NCBI GenBank assembly: GCA_045653105.1 | Contig: JAZOLL010000030.1 | Location: 536 to 64,535 of the forward strand | Direction of reading: 5' to 3' | From: Eubacteriales bacterium | GTDB taxonomy: Bacteria > Bacillota > Clostridia > Oscillospirales > CAG-272 | Length of the DNA stretch: 64,000 nt | Shown: piece by piece, positions 26,817-35,709 of the stretch | How positions within the stretch are numbered: position 1 is the stretch's first letter | Layout of the letters: each line of letters opens with the position of its first letter | Position numbers and translations under genes: made by a program | The notes under the pieces: generated by a model | What the model was told of the DNA's origin: nothing | Seen by the model: only the letters and a program-made list of their open reading frames with translations | The model's database searches: none

Positions 26817-28031
26817 ATGCGTAAAAAATACCATCTTTATTCCTCTATGCCCATGTTGGGGAATCATAAAGCATACGCTGAAATAGATTCCTCGGCGTTG
26901 AAGCATAACTATAAAACTATGCTCGACCATATACATAAAGAAAGCCCGAACACAACTGCCATCTGCGTCCTCAAGGCAGACGCTTACGGTCACGGTGCAA
27001 AGAACTGTTGCCGCGCCTTGCTTGAAGAAGGTTGTCGCCACTTTGCCGTATCCTCAATCGAGGAAGCTATCGATATAAAAAGCGTGTGCGACGAGATGAG
27101 GATTCGTGCCGACGTGCTTATCCTCGGCTATACCCTCCCCTCACAGGCATCTCTGCTTGCAAAGTACGACATCATCACATCGATCGTCGATGCCGACTAC
27201 GCCAAGGAGCTCTCGCGTGAGGCTCGTGCGGCGGGTGTTACGGTCAGATGTCACGTAAAGCTTGATACGGGAATGAACCGCATCGGCTTTTCCGCAAAGT
27301 CCGACGAGGAGATAGAAAGCGCAGCAAAGGCTATCGCCGAAATATTCGAGTATCCCAAGCTCAAGATATGCGGAATGTTCACCCACTTCGCAAAGGCTGA
27401 CGAGGCTCTTGAGCCCGACAGCACTGACGAGATGACAAAGCTCCAGTTCGAGAGATTCAAAAAAGTGGATGAGGCGCTTCTCACACTCGGTGTTGACGTA
27501 AAATTCAGACACGTGTGCAATAGCGCGGCGGCTATGAGATTCCCCGAATATCACCTTGACGCCTGCCGTCTCGGGATTACTCTCTACGGAACTCACTCAT
27601 CGAGATACGTCGATCGCTACGCGCTTTTACCCGTAATGAAGCTCTGCACGGTAATATCTCATATACACACCCTCTCCGCGGGAGAATCGGTCAGCTACGG
27701 CGGAACGTATACCGCAGAGGACGACCGCTTGATCGCAACGCTTCCTATCGGCTATGCTGACGGATTTGTCAGAGCCTACAGCGGCGCGATAGTTACAGTA
27801 CTCACAGACGACGGCCCGAGGAAAGCGCCTATCCGCGGTAGGATCTGTATGGACCAGTGTATGATAGACGTGAGCGGAACCTCCGCAAAGGTGGGAGACA
27901 AGGTCATCCTTTTCGGTAACACTCCCGCAGAACTCACAGAGCTTGCGAAGATGGCAAACACGATAGAATACGAATCCCTCTGTCTCGTCACCTCAAGAGT
28001 GCCGAGAATCGAGATAGATTCGAAAACGTAA
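26817..28031 (+). CDS. alr: Alanine racemase
   Basis: AYAEIDSSALKHNY start region, PLP-Lys motif VLKADAYGHGA, and C-terminal MDQCMIDV block. Start is at 26817 (11 nt after AGAAAGGTG) or at 26808. Confidence 0.9.
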   Translation: MRKKYHLYSSMPMLGNHKAYAEIDSSALKHNYKTMLDHIHKESPNTTAICVLKADAYGHGAKNCCRALLEEGCRHFAVSSIEEAIDIKSVCDEMRIRADVLILGYTLPSQASLLAKYDIITSIVDADYAKELSREARAAGVTVRCHVKLDTGMNRIGFSAKSDEEIESAAKAIAEIFEYPKLKICGMFTHFAKADEALEPDSTDEMTKLQFERFKKVDEALLTLGVDVKFRHVCNSAAAMRFPEYHLDACRLGITLYGTHSSRYVDRYALLPVMKLCTVISHIHTLSAGESVSYGGTYTAEDDRLIATLPIGYADGFVRAYSGAIVTVLTDDGPRKAPIRGRICMDQCMIDVSGTSAKVGDKVILFGNTPAELTELAKMANTIEYESLCLVTSRVPRIEIDSKT

Positions 28032-28033
28032 AT

Positions 28034-28075
28034 AAAAAAAGACAGAGAATTTTCATTCTCTGTCTTTTGTTTTTA
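28034..28075. terminator. Bidirectional terminator between alr and paralog 3
   Basis: AGACAGAGAAT / ATTCTCTGTCT stem flanked by an A-run and TTTTGTTTTT. Confidence 0.85.
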
Positions 28076-28084
28076 TATTTTATA

Positions 28085-29362
28085 TCAGTCGTTTTCCTTG
28101 CGTCTCATTGCGAATACCGCAAGAGAAGTACCTACCCAACAAGCTATTGCCGTGGTGGATATAGCCGCCTTACAACCCTTCTTAGATCCATCTTCTACTG
28201 TAGTTGTAGTAGTGGTTGTCGTAGTTGTGGTTGAAGTATCAACGGGAGGAATAAATGTGGGAAGTGTTCCTTCATCGAGCTCCATAACTCTCTGATTTCC
28301 CGCGCCATAAAACTTGCCATAAGCAGTTGAATAGTACTCTATCTCAAGCTTTTCTCCACCGTTTGTAAAGTTGAGCATCAGTACAAAGGCGCCGGCCTTA
28401 CCGGGAGTGATAGCTCCTGTTTCTTCATCAACCACATCTTTTCCGTGATCCCAGTCGTAAGCCTGAGGGTCAACGAGTATCTCTATTACCTCATTTCCGT
28501 TAACACCAGTTCTTGTGCTTACAACGGGGCTGTTTACAGAAACGTGTCCGCTAAGTACCATAAACATATTCTCGTGCTTTCTGAATATACTTGTCCAGAG
28601 CTTCATTCCGTTGAAAGGAATTTCTTCAAGCACTGTATTATCTACGTTAGAGGAACCGATGTCACCTGCAAAGGTCTGTCCGGTGCTGCTAAGATATGCG
28701 TGGACAGAAACTATAACCTTGTGGTCAGGATGAGCCTCTATCACCTGGTTTGCCCAAGCAATAGCAGCCTGGTCTGCGTTATAGTCAAGACCAAGCATAA
28801 GGTACTTGTGGTTGCCTATCTCTATCTTGCGATAAGAGTTAGACATTGAGTTGCCCAATGTGAGAGGTCTGTTGGGATCATATCCGAATCCGTCCATCTG
28901 TGCCTGATACTTCTCGTTGCAGATGTACTTGTGATATCCACCCTCATCATCGTGGTTTCCACGTACTACCATATAAGGAATGATCACGTTGCCTGCTTTA
29001 TCGTGAAGACGACGGAACTGTGTGCGCGCGATTACCCACTCAAGCGGGTTTCTGTTCTTGTTGGGATATGTGGTGAGTGTCTCAACAGTATCTCCAAGAC
29101 CAAAGATATATTCTATCTTTCGCTCATCTTTGTTGTCAAGTATCCAGTCAAACATATCCTCAAGATATGTTGTCCTGTTGTGCGAGTCAAAATACGTAAT
29201 ACTCTGTATGTCGCCGAGAACGGCAAACGAATAGTCGAGATTTTCGGGCATATCCTTATCTACCCATATACTAGCTTCAGCCGCACTGTGAAGCGCGCCC
29301 ATAGTAGTCATTGAAACGAGCATAGCAACAAGGCATATTGCCGCGATAATTCTTTTTTTCAT
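28085..29362 (-). CDS. Secreted calcineurin-like metallophosphoesterase, paralog 3, with the same C-terminal signal
   Basis: GDIQ, GLGD, RGNHDDE, VHAY and SGHV motifs. C-terminus TSTTTTTTTTTTTVEDGSKKGCKAAISTTAIACWVGTSLAVFAMRRKEND. Confidence 0.85.
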   Translation of the reverse strand: MKKRIIAAICLVAMLVSMTTMGALHSAAEASIWVDKDMPENLDYSFAVLGDIQSITYFDSHNRTTYLEDMFDWILDNKDERKIEYIFGLGDTVETLTTYPNKNRNPLEWVIARTQFRRLHDKAGNVIIPYMVVRGNHDDEGGYHKYICNEKYQAQMDGFGYDPNRPLTLGNSMSNSYRKIEIGNHKYLMLGLDYNADQAAIAWANQVIEAHPDHKVIVSVHAYLSSTGQTFAGDIGSSNVDNTVLEEIPFNGMKLWTSIFRKHENMFMVLSGHVSVNSPVVSTRTGVNGNEVIEILVDPQAYDWDHGKDVVDEETGAITPGKAGAFVLMLNFTNGGEKLEIEYYSTAYGKFYGAGNQRVMELDEGTLPTFIPPVDTSTTTTTTTTTTTVEDGSKKGCKAAISTTAIACWVGTSLAVFAMRRKEND

Positions 29363-29407
29363 ACCTATCTCTCCTTGGGTTTTAATATTTTTAGTGCGTC
29401 CACAATC

Positions 29408-29436
29408 ATTTTACCATTTTTAAAGGCTGTTGTCAA
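29408..29436 (-). promoter_or_regulatory. SigA-type promoter of paralog 3
   Basis: Minus strand TTGACA (29431-29436), 17 nt spacer, TGG-TAAAAT (29408-29413). Confidence 0.75.
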
Positions 29437-29495
29437 GGAAATTTTCACAGAATCAGCGCCATCTTTAAGACGGCGCTGATTCTGTATTTCCTTTA

Positions 29496-32400
29496 TTACT
29501 TGAAATACTCTACTGCGGACTCAAACATCTTCATATCGAATTCGCCGTAAACATTCTTGTAAAGACCACGTCCGATACGCTCGGAGTGACCCATCTTTCC
29601 GATTACGTGACCGTCGGGAGATGTGATACCCTCGATAGCCGCGCAGGAGTTGTTGGGATTATAGCGTATATCGGATGTAGGCTTTCCGTCAAGATCAACG
29701 TACTGTGTTGCGATCTGACCGTTTGCCGCAAGGCTTGCGATAAGCTCATCGGATGCGAGGAATCTTCCCTCACCGTGAGATATCGGAACAGTGTAGATAT
29801 CGTCAACGCTTGTCTTTGCAAGCCAAGGAGACTTGTTAGACGCGATGCGTGTACGAACGAGACGGGACTGGTGACGTCCGATAGTGTTGAATGTAAGTGT
29901 AGGACAGCTCTCATCTGTGTCGATTATCTCTCCGTAAGGAACGAGACCGAGCTTGATGAGCGCCTGGAATCCGTTACAGATACCGCACATAAGTCCGCCG
30001 CGAGTCTTAAGAAGCTCATTTACCTGCTCCTTGATAGCGCCGTTTCTGAAGAACGCTGTGATGAACTTACCCGATCCGTCGGGCTCATCACCGCCGGAGA
30101 ATCCACCGGGAACGAAGATTATCTGAGACTCTCCGATCTTCTTAGCGAAGCTCTCTACAGAATCAGCGATGCCCTGAGAGGAGAGGTTGTTAACAACGAA
30201 TATCTCGGGCTCAGCACCTGCGCGTCTGAATACCTTTGCGGAATCGAACTCACAGTTAGTGCCGGGGAATACGGGGATAAGAACCTTCGGCTTTGCGCAC
30301 TTGATGATAGCCGCGCTTCTCTCTGTTGCGCTGTAGGAGTAAGCGGGGATCTCACCCTCTGCCTCTGCCGCGTTTACGGGAAATACGCTCTCAAGCTTTG
30401 ACTCGTAAATGCTGTAAAGCTCGTCGAGTGTGAGCTTATCCTCACCGTAGCTTATAGCTTTGTCATCAGTCGTTACACCGACAAGCTCAAATCCACAGGG
30501 TACGTCACCCTCGATCTCGAGGAGGAACGCGCCGTAAGCGTAACCGAATATCTTGTCAAGAGCAAGAGCTTCATATGCAAAGCCTACGTCATTACCGTAA
30601 GCCATCTTCATAACAGCCTCTGCTATACCGCCGTATGTGGGGGTGTAAGCCGCATAGACCTTGCCCTCGCGCATAAGAGCGGTAACCTTATCGTAAACAG
30701 CCATAAGAGACTCTGCCGAGGGTAGCTTCTCCTCAGTGTACTCAGGAGTAATGAGGACTACCTTGTGTCCTGCACCCTTGAACTCGGGGGTTACGATATT
30801 ATCGATCTTATCTGTTGTTACAGCGAAGGAAACGAGCGTGGGAGGAACGTCTATCTTCTCAAAGCTTCCGCTCATAGAGTCCTTACCGCCGATAGATCCA
30901 ACGCCGAGGTCCTTCTGCGCCATAAACGCGCCAAGGAGTGCGGAGAGGGGCTTGCCCCATCTCTTGGGATCCTTCATAGGCTTCTCAAAGTACTCCTGGA
31001 AGGTGAGGTATACATCCTCAAAGGATGCGCCTGTCGCGATGAGCTTGGATATAGACTCAACGACTGCGAGATATGCACCGTGGTAGGGGCTCTTCTCGGA
31101 TATAAAGGGGTTGAATCCCCAGGACATAAGCGAGCAAGTGTCTGTGTCAGCCTTCTCTACCGATACCTTGTGTACCATCGCCTGAATAGGTGTGCTCTGG
31201 TTCTTACCGCCGAAGGGCATAAGAACGCTTCCCGCACCGATGGTAGAGTCAAATCTCTCAGAAAGTCCGCGCTTGGAGCAGACGTTAAGGTCGCCTGCAA
31301 GCGCCTTCATATTCTCTGCAAAGCCGCCCTCGACTACCTTGTCGTAAGCCTCGGGAGCTGCTGTTTTAACGTTTATGTGCTGCTCTGCACCGTTGGAGTT
31401 AAGGAACTCACGGGAGAGGTCAACGATCATCTTGCCGTTCCATGTCATTCTGAGTCTGGGCTCAGCCTTAACTGTAGCAACGATAGTAGCCTCAAGGTTC
31501 TCGGATGCCGCAAGCTCGCAGAAGCGTGCAACGTCGCCTGCCTCTACGACAACCGCCATTCTCTCCTGAGACTCACTTATAGCAAGCTCTGTACCGTCAA
31601 GACCCTCGTACTTCTTGGGAACTGCATTGAGGTCGATATCAAGACCGCCAGCAAGCTCACCGATAGCAACCGATACACCGCCTGCGCCGAAGTCGTTACA
31701 GCGCTTGATAAGGAGAGATGCCTCTTTGTTGCGGAAGAGTCTCTGAAGCTTACGCTCTTCGGGAGCGTTACCCTTCTGTACCTCAGCGCCGCAGCTCTCA
31801 AGAGATGCAACTGTGAGAGACTTGGAAGAGCCTGTAGCTCCGCCGCATCCGTCGCGTCCTGTTCTACCGCCGAGGAGGATTATCTTATCTCCGGGCGCAG
31901 GCACCTCACGTCTTACGTTCTCGGCGGGAGCCGCCGCGATAACCGCACCGATCTCCATTCTCTTTGCAACGTATCCTGCGTGGTAGATCTCATCGACCTG
32001 ACCTGTAGCAAGACCGATCTGGTTACCGTAGGAGGAATATCCTGCGGCAGCAGTTGTGACGATCTTTCTCTGGGGGAGCTTTCCGGACATAGTCTTGGAA
32101 ACAGGGAGAAGCGGGTCAGCCGCGCCTGTAACTCTCATTGCCGCGTAAACGTAGGAACGGCCGGAAAGCGGGTCTCTTATAGCACCACCGATACAGGTAG
32201 CAGCGCCACCAAAGGGCTCTATCTCTGTGGGGTGATTGTGTGTTTCGTTCTTGAAGAGCAAGAGCCAATCCTGCTCCTCGCCCTCAACGTTGACCTTTAT
32301 CTTAACTGTACAAGCGTTGATCTCCTCGGACTCGTCGAGCTTTGGAAGCTTGCCGTTAGCCTTGAGGTATCTTACAGCAATAGTTGCAACGTCCATGAGG

Positions 32401-33197
32401 TTTATCGGCTTTGTACGTCCGAGCTCGGCTCTAGTCTCAACGTACTCGCGATATGCCGCCTCGATCATCTTATCCTCAAACTCAACGCTGTCAATTGTTG
32501 TGAGGAAGGTTGTATGACGGCAGTGGTCAGACCAGTATGTATCTATCATTCTGATCTCTGTTATAGTGGGATCTCTATCTTCTGTTCGGAAATAGTCACG
32601 GCAGAAGCGGATATCGTCAAGGTCCATAGCAAGGCCGTACTTAGCGATGAAATCAGCAAGTCCTGCCTCGTCGAGATCGATAAATCCTTCAAGTGTTGCA
32701 ACGCTCTCGGGTACTGTGTAGTCCATAGCGAGTGTCTCGTAGGTCTCAAAGGAAGCCTCTCTTGACTCAACAGGGTTGATCACGTAGCCCTTGATGGCCG
32801 CGTGCTCACCTTCTGTGATATCGCCGTAAAGCTTATAGATCTTTGCGGTCTTAACTCTGGGTCTCTCACCCTGCGAGATTATCTGGATACACTGTGCCGC
32901 GGAGTCTGCTCTCTGGTCGAACTGACCGGGGAGAAATTCTACGGCAAAATCTGTGCTTCCGTCACACTCGTAGTCATAAGTAACTATGTCGAGCTGAGGC
33001 TCTGAAAATACGGTGGTTACCGCATAGTCAAAGAGCTTCTTGTCAATGTTTCCAACGTCGTATCTGTTGAGCACGCGAACGCCTGTAACACCCTTTATCT
33101 GCAACAGATTCTTGATCTCTCCAGCGAGGGACGCAGCCTCGTGCGCGAGCTCGCTCTTTTTTTCAACATAAACTCTGTAAACCATTAAATTCTCCAA
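29496..33197 (-). CDS. purL: Phosphoribosylformylglycinamidine synthase (single-chain, clostridial type)
   Basis: 1233 aa with the FGAM synthase ATP-grasp-like/AIRS domains and a C-terminal glutamine amidotransferase (GICNGFQ catalytic Cys, HGEGRF). Confidence 0.93.
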   Translation of the reverse strand: MENLMVYRVYVEKKSELAHEAASLAGEIKNLLQIKGVTGVRVLNRYDVGNIDKKLFDYAVTTVFSEPQLDIVTYDYECDGSTDFAVEFLPGQFDQRADSAAQCIQIISQGERPRVKTAKIYKLYGDITEGEHAAIKGYVINPVESREASFETYETLAMDYTVPESVATLEGFIDLDEAGLADFIAKYGLAMDLDDIRFCRDYFRTEDRDPTITEIRMIDTYWSDHCRHTTFLTTIDSVEFEDKMIEAAYREYVETRAELGRTKPINLMDVATIAVRYLKANGKLPKLDESEEINACTVKIKVNVEGEEQDWLLLFKNETHNHPTEIEPFGGAATCIGGAIRDPLSGRSYVYAAMRVTGAADPLLPVSKTMSGKLPQRKIVTTAAAGYSSYGNQIGLATGQVDEIYHAGYVAKRMEIGAVIAAAPAENVRREVPAPGDKIILLGGRTGRDGCGGATGSSKSLTVASLESCGAEVQKGNAPEERKLQRLFRNKEASLLIKRCNDFGAGGVSVAIGELAGGLDIDLNAVPKKYEGLDGTELAISESQERMAVVVEAGDVARFCELAASENLEATIVATVKAEPRLRMTWNGKMIVDLSREFLNSNGAEQHINVKTAAPEAYDKVVEGGFAENMKALAGDLNVCSKRGLSERFDSTIGAGSVLMPFGGKNQSTPIQAMVHKVSVEKADTDTCSLMSWGFNPFISEKSPYHGAYLAVVESISKLIATGASFEDVYLTFQEYFEKPMKDPKRWGKPLSALLGAFMAQKDLGVGSIGGKDSMSGSFEKIDVPPTLVSFAVTTDKIDNIVTPEFKGAGHKVVLITPEYTEEKLPSAESLMAVYDKVTALMREGKVYAAYTPTYGGIAEAVMKMAYGNDVGFAYEALALDKIFGYAYGAFLLEIEGDVPCGFELVGVTTDDKAISYGEDKLTLDELYSIYESKLESVFPVNAAEAEGEIPAYSYSATERSAAIIKCAKPKVLIPVFPGTNCEFDSAKVFRRAGAEPEIFVVNNLSSQGIADSVESFAKKIGESQIIFVPGGFSGGDEPDGSGKFITAFFRNGAIKEQVNELLKTRGGLMCGICNGFQALIKLGLVPYGEIIDTDESCPTLTFNTIGRHQSRLVRTRIASNKSPWLAKTSVDDIYTVPISHGEGRFLASDELIASLAANGQIATQYVDLDGKPTSDIRYNPNNSCAAIEGITSPDGHVIGKMGHSERIGRGLYKNVYGEFDMKMFESAVEYFK

Positions 33198-33208
33198 TCA
33201 GCTTCAGT

Positions 33209-34480
33209 TTATTTTTCGGAATTTGCGGCAAGCGCTCTCTTGCCTATGTCACGTCTGAAATACGCATTCTCAAAGCTTACCTTTGTAACGCCCTTATATG
33301 CCGCGTCAACCGCCTCTTTAAGAGTAGGTGCTGTAGCGGTAACACCGAGAACTCTGCCTCCCGCGCTGAGAAGCTTACCGTCTGCGAGCTTTGCGCCCGC
33401 AACGTAAACATTCTTTTCAATTCCGTCCTCGAACTTTATCTCAAAGCCGGAAGCATATTTCTGCGGATATCCGTCAGACGCCATAATAACACAGCAAGCC
33501 GCACCGTCAGAGAATTTCACCTCTGTGTCGGCAAGCGTACCGTCAGCGCAAGCGCGCATAATGTCAAAGAGATCGCTCTCAAGGAGAGGAAGCACTACCT
33601 GTGTCTCGGGATCGCCGAAACGGCAGTTGTACTCTATTACCTTAGGACCGTTCGGTGTGAGCATAAGTCCAAAGTAAAGGCAACCGCGGAAAGTTCTTCC
33701 CTCTGCGTTCATCGCGTTGATGGTGGGGAGGAAGATATCCTTCATACATATCTCTGCAACATCAGCTGTGTAATAGGGGTTGGGAGCAACTGTTCCCATA
33801 CCACCGGTATTAAGTCCCTCGTCGTTGTCTCTTGCTCTCTTATGGTCCATGGAAGAAACCATAGGAACTACCACGTTTCCGTCGGTAAATGCGAGAACAG
33901 ACACCTCAGGACCTGTGAGGAACTCCTCGATAACTATTCTGCTGCCGCTCTCTCCGAACATCTTGTCATCCATCATAGAGTGAACAGCGTCTACGGCCTC
34001 GTCTCTTGTCATCGCGATAACAACGCCCTTGCCGAGTGCAAGTCCGTCAGCCTTGATAACCGTGGGAATAGGAGCATCCTTCAAATACTCGATAGCCGCG
34101 CCCGCCTCTGTAAACACCTCGTAAGCGGCGGTGGGGATACCGTATTTCTTCATAAGATTCTTCGAGAATATCTTACTACCCTCGATTATCGCCGCATTCG
34201 CTCTCGGGCCAAAGCAAGGAACTCCTACCTCTTCGAGTCTGTCCACCGCGCCAAGCACGAGCGGATCGTCGGGAGCGACTACTGCGAAGTCTATTTTGTT
34301 GTCAACTGCAAATTTTGTAATGCCGTCAAGATCCTTAGCTCCGATAGCCACACACTCCGCGTCAGCGGCGATACCGCCGTTTCCGGGAAGCGCGTATATC
34401 TTATCGACCTTAGGACTTTCCTTGAGCTTTTTGATGATAGCGTGTTCTCTTCCGCCACCGCCAACAACCATTATCTTCAT
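33209..34480 (-). CDS. purD: Phosphoribosylamine-glycine ligase
   Basis: MKIMVVGGGGREHAI N-terminus with collinear PurD blocks throughout. Confidence 0.93.
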   Translation of the reverse strand: MKIMVVGGGGREHAIIKKLKESPKVDKIYALPGNGGIAADAECVAIGAKDLDGITKFAVDNKIDFAVVAPDDPLVLGAVDRLEEVGVPCFGPRANAAIIEGSKIFSKNLMKKYGIPTAAYEVFTEAGAAIEYLKDAPIPTVIKADGLALGKGVVIAMTRDEAVDAVHSMMDDKMFGESGSRIVIEEFLTGPEVSVLAFTDGNVVVPMVSSMDHKRARDNDEGLNTGGMGTVAPNPYYTADVAEICMKDIFLPTINAMNAEGRTFRGCLYFGLMLTPNGPKVIEYNCRFGDPETQVVLPLLESDLFDIMRACADGTLADTEVKFSDGAACCVIMASDGYPQKYASGFEIKFEDGIEKNVYVAGAKLADGKLLSAGGRVLGVTATAPTLKEAVDAAYKGVTKVSFENAYFRRDIGKRALAANSEK

Positions 34481-34502
34481 TTTGTAATCTCCTCTTCTGT
34501 TA

Positions 34503-35687
34503 TCAGTGGTGGAAAAGTCTCATTCCTGTAAACGCCATCGCAATTCCGCGTTTGTTGCACTCCTCAATCACGAGATCGTCACGGATAGATCCGCCGGGCT
34601 CTGCAATATAGCGAACACCGGATGCGTGAGCGCGCTTTACGTTGTCTGCAAACGGGAAGAACGCGTCGGATGCGAGAGCAATCTTGTCAAAGCCTGCGAG
34701 CCACTCTGCTCTCTCCTGTGCTGTGATAGGAGCGGGCTGCTCTGTAAAGTAGTTCTGCCAGATACCCTCAGCGCATACGTCCTCTTCATTGCCGTTGATA
34801 TAGCCGTCGATAACGTTGTCACGCTCGGGACGACCCATTGTGGGAAGGAAAGGAAGTGCGAGCACCTTGGGATGCTGGCGCATAAGCCATGTGTCAGCCT
34901 TAGTTCCTGCAAGTCTTGTGCAGTGGATACGAGACTGCTGTCCCGCGCCAACACCGATAGCCTGTCCGTCTGTTGCATAGCATACAGAGTTGGACTGTGT
35001 ATATTTAAGTGTGATAAGAGCAACGATAAGGTCGCGCTTTGCGCTCTCGGGGAGTTCTTTGTTCTCGGTTACAACGTTTTCGAGGAGATGCTCACCGATT
35101 TTGAACTCGTTTCTTCCCTGCTCGAATGTGATGCCGAACACGTCCTTTGTCTCAATGGGCGCGGGCTTGTACTCGGGATCGATCTCAACAACGTTGTAGT
35201 TGCCCTTTCTCTTACCCTTCAGTATCTCAAGTGCCTGGGGCTCGTAGCCGGGAGCAATGATACCGTCGGATACCTCGCGTGCGAGGAGCTTTGCTGTGGT
35301 AACGTCGCAAACGTCGGAAAGAGCTACCCAGTCACCAAAGGAGCAAAGGCGGTCAGTACCTCTTGCTCTTACGTAAGCGCAAGCGAGAGGGGACTCGTCA
35401 AGTCCCTCAATGTCCTCAACGAAGCAAGCCTTCTTGAGAGCCGCGTCGAGAGGAAGTCCGATAGCCGCGGATGTAGGAGAAACGTGCTTGAAGGATGTTG
35501 CCGCAGGCATACCGAGTGCCTCCTTAAGCTCCTTTACAAGCTGCCACGCGTTGAACGCGTCAAGGAAGTTGATATATCCGGGACGGCCGTTGAGGACCTT
35601 TATGGGAAGGTCAGATCCGTCCTTCATAAAGATTCTGGAGGGTTTCTGGTTGGGGTTGCAACCGTATTTCAATTCAAATTCGTTCAT
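34503..35687 (-). CDS. purH: AICAR formyltransferase (stand-alone PurH transformylase domain)
   Basis: Start ATG 35687 (MNEFELKYGCNPNQ). AICARFT-type blocks. It lacks the MGS-like IMP cyclohydrolase domain, which is replaced by the upstream PurO-like gene. Confidence 0.88.
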   Translation of the reverse strand: MNEFELKYGCNPNQKPSRIFMKDGSDLPIKVLNGRPGYINFLDAFNAWQLVKELKEALGMPAATSFKHVSPTSAAIGLPLDAALKKACFVEDIEGLDESPLACAYVRARGTDRLCSFGDWVALSDVCDVTTAKLLAREVSDGIIAPGYEPQALEILKGKRKGNYNVVEIDPEYKPAPIETKDVFGITFEQGRNEFKIGEHLLENVVTENKELPESAKRDLIVALITLKYTQSNSVCYATDGQAIGVGAGQQSRIHCTRLAGTKADTWLMRQHPKVLALPFLPTMGRPERDNVIDGYINGNEEDVCAEGIWQNYFTEQPAPITAQERAEWLAGFDKIALASDAFFPFADNVKRAHASGVRYIAEPGGSIRDDLVIEECNKRGIAMAFTGMRLFHH

Positions 35688-35709
35688 CTTTTTTCCCTTT
35701 CTGTGCAAA

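Noticed and set aside
28190-28245. Thr-codon tracts (also 22495-22530 and 24010-24040) as hypervariable simple-sequence repeats or phase-variation tracts.
   Set aside because: The codons are mixed (ACA/ACC/ACT/ACG) with no perfect tandem unit beyond a few repeats. They are better explained as encoded Thr-rich linkers.
22788-29362. Invertible segment or mobile element bounded by the inverted paralogs MPE2 and MPE3.
   Set aside because: The paralogs are diverged, with only short identical stretches of about 23 nt. There is no recombinase, IS or terminal inverted repeats. The arrangement is reported only as locus architecture.
29447-29485. Hairpin ACAGAATCAGCGCC / GGCGCTGATTCTGT as the purL terminator.
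   Set aside because: The stem is good, but on the minus strand it is followed by GAAAATTTCC rather than a U-run. It may still terminate the pur operon, but the confidence is too low to list.
30765-32765. 666 aa ORF on the plus strand, antisense to purL (with a similar one at 29586-30401).
   Set aside because: It is fully contained in the purL coding region, has low-complexity Cys/Leu/Ser-rich translation and no RBS. purL homology on the minus strand is unambiguous.
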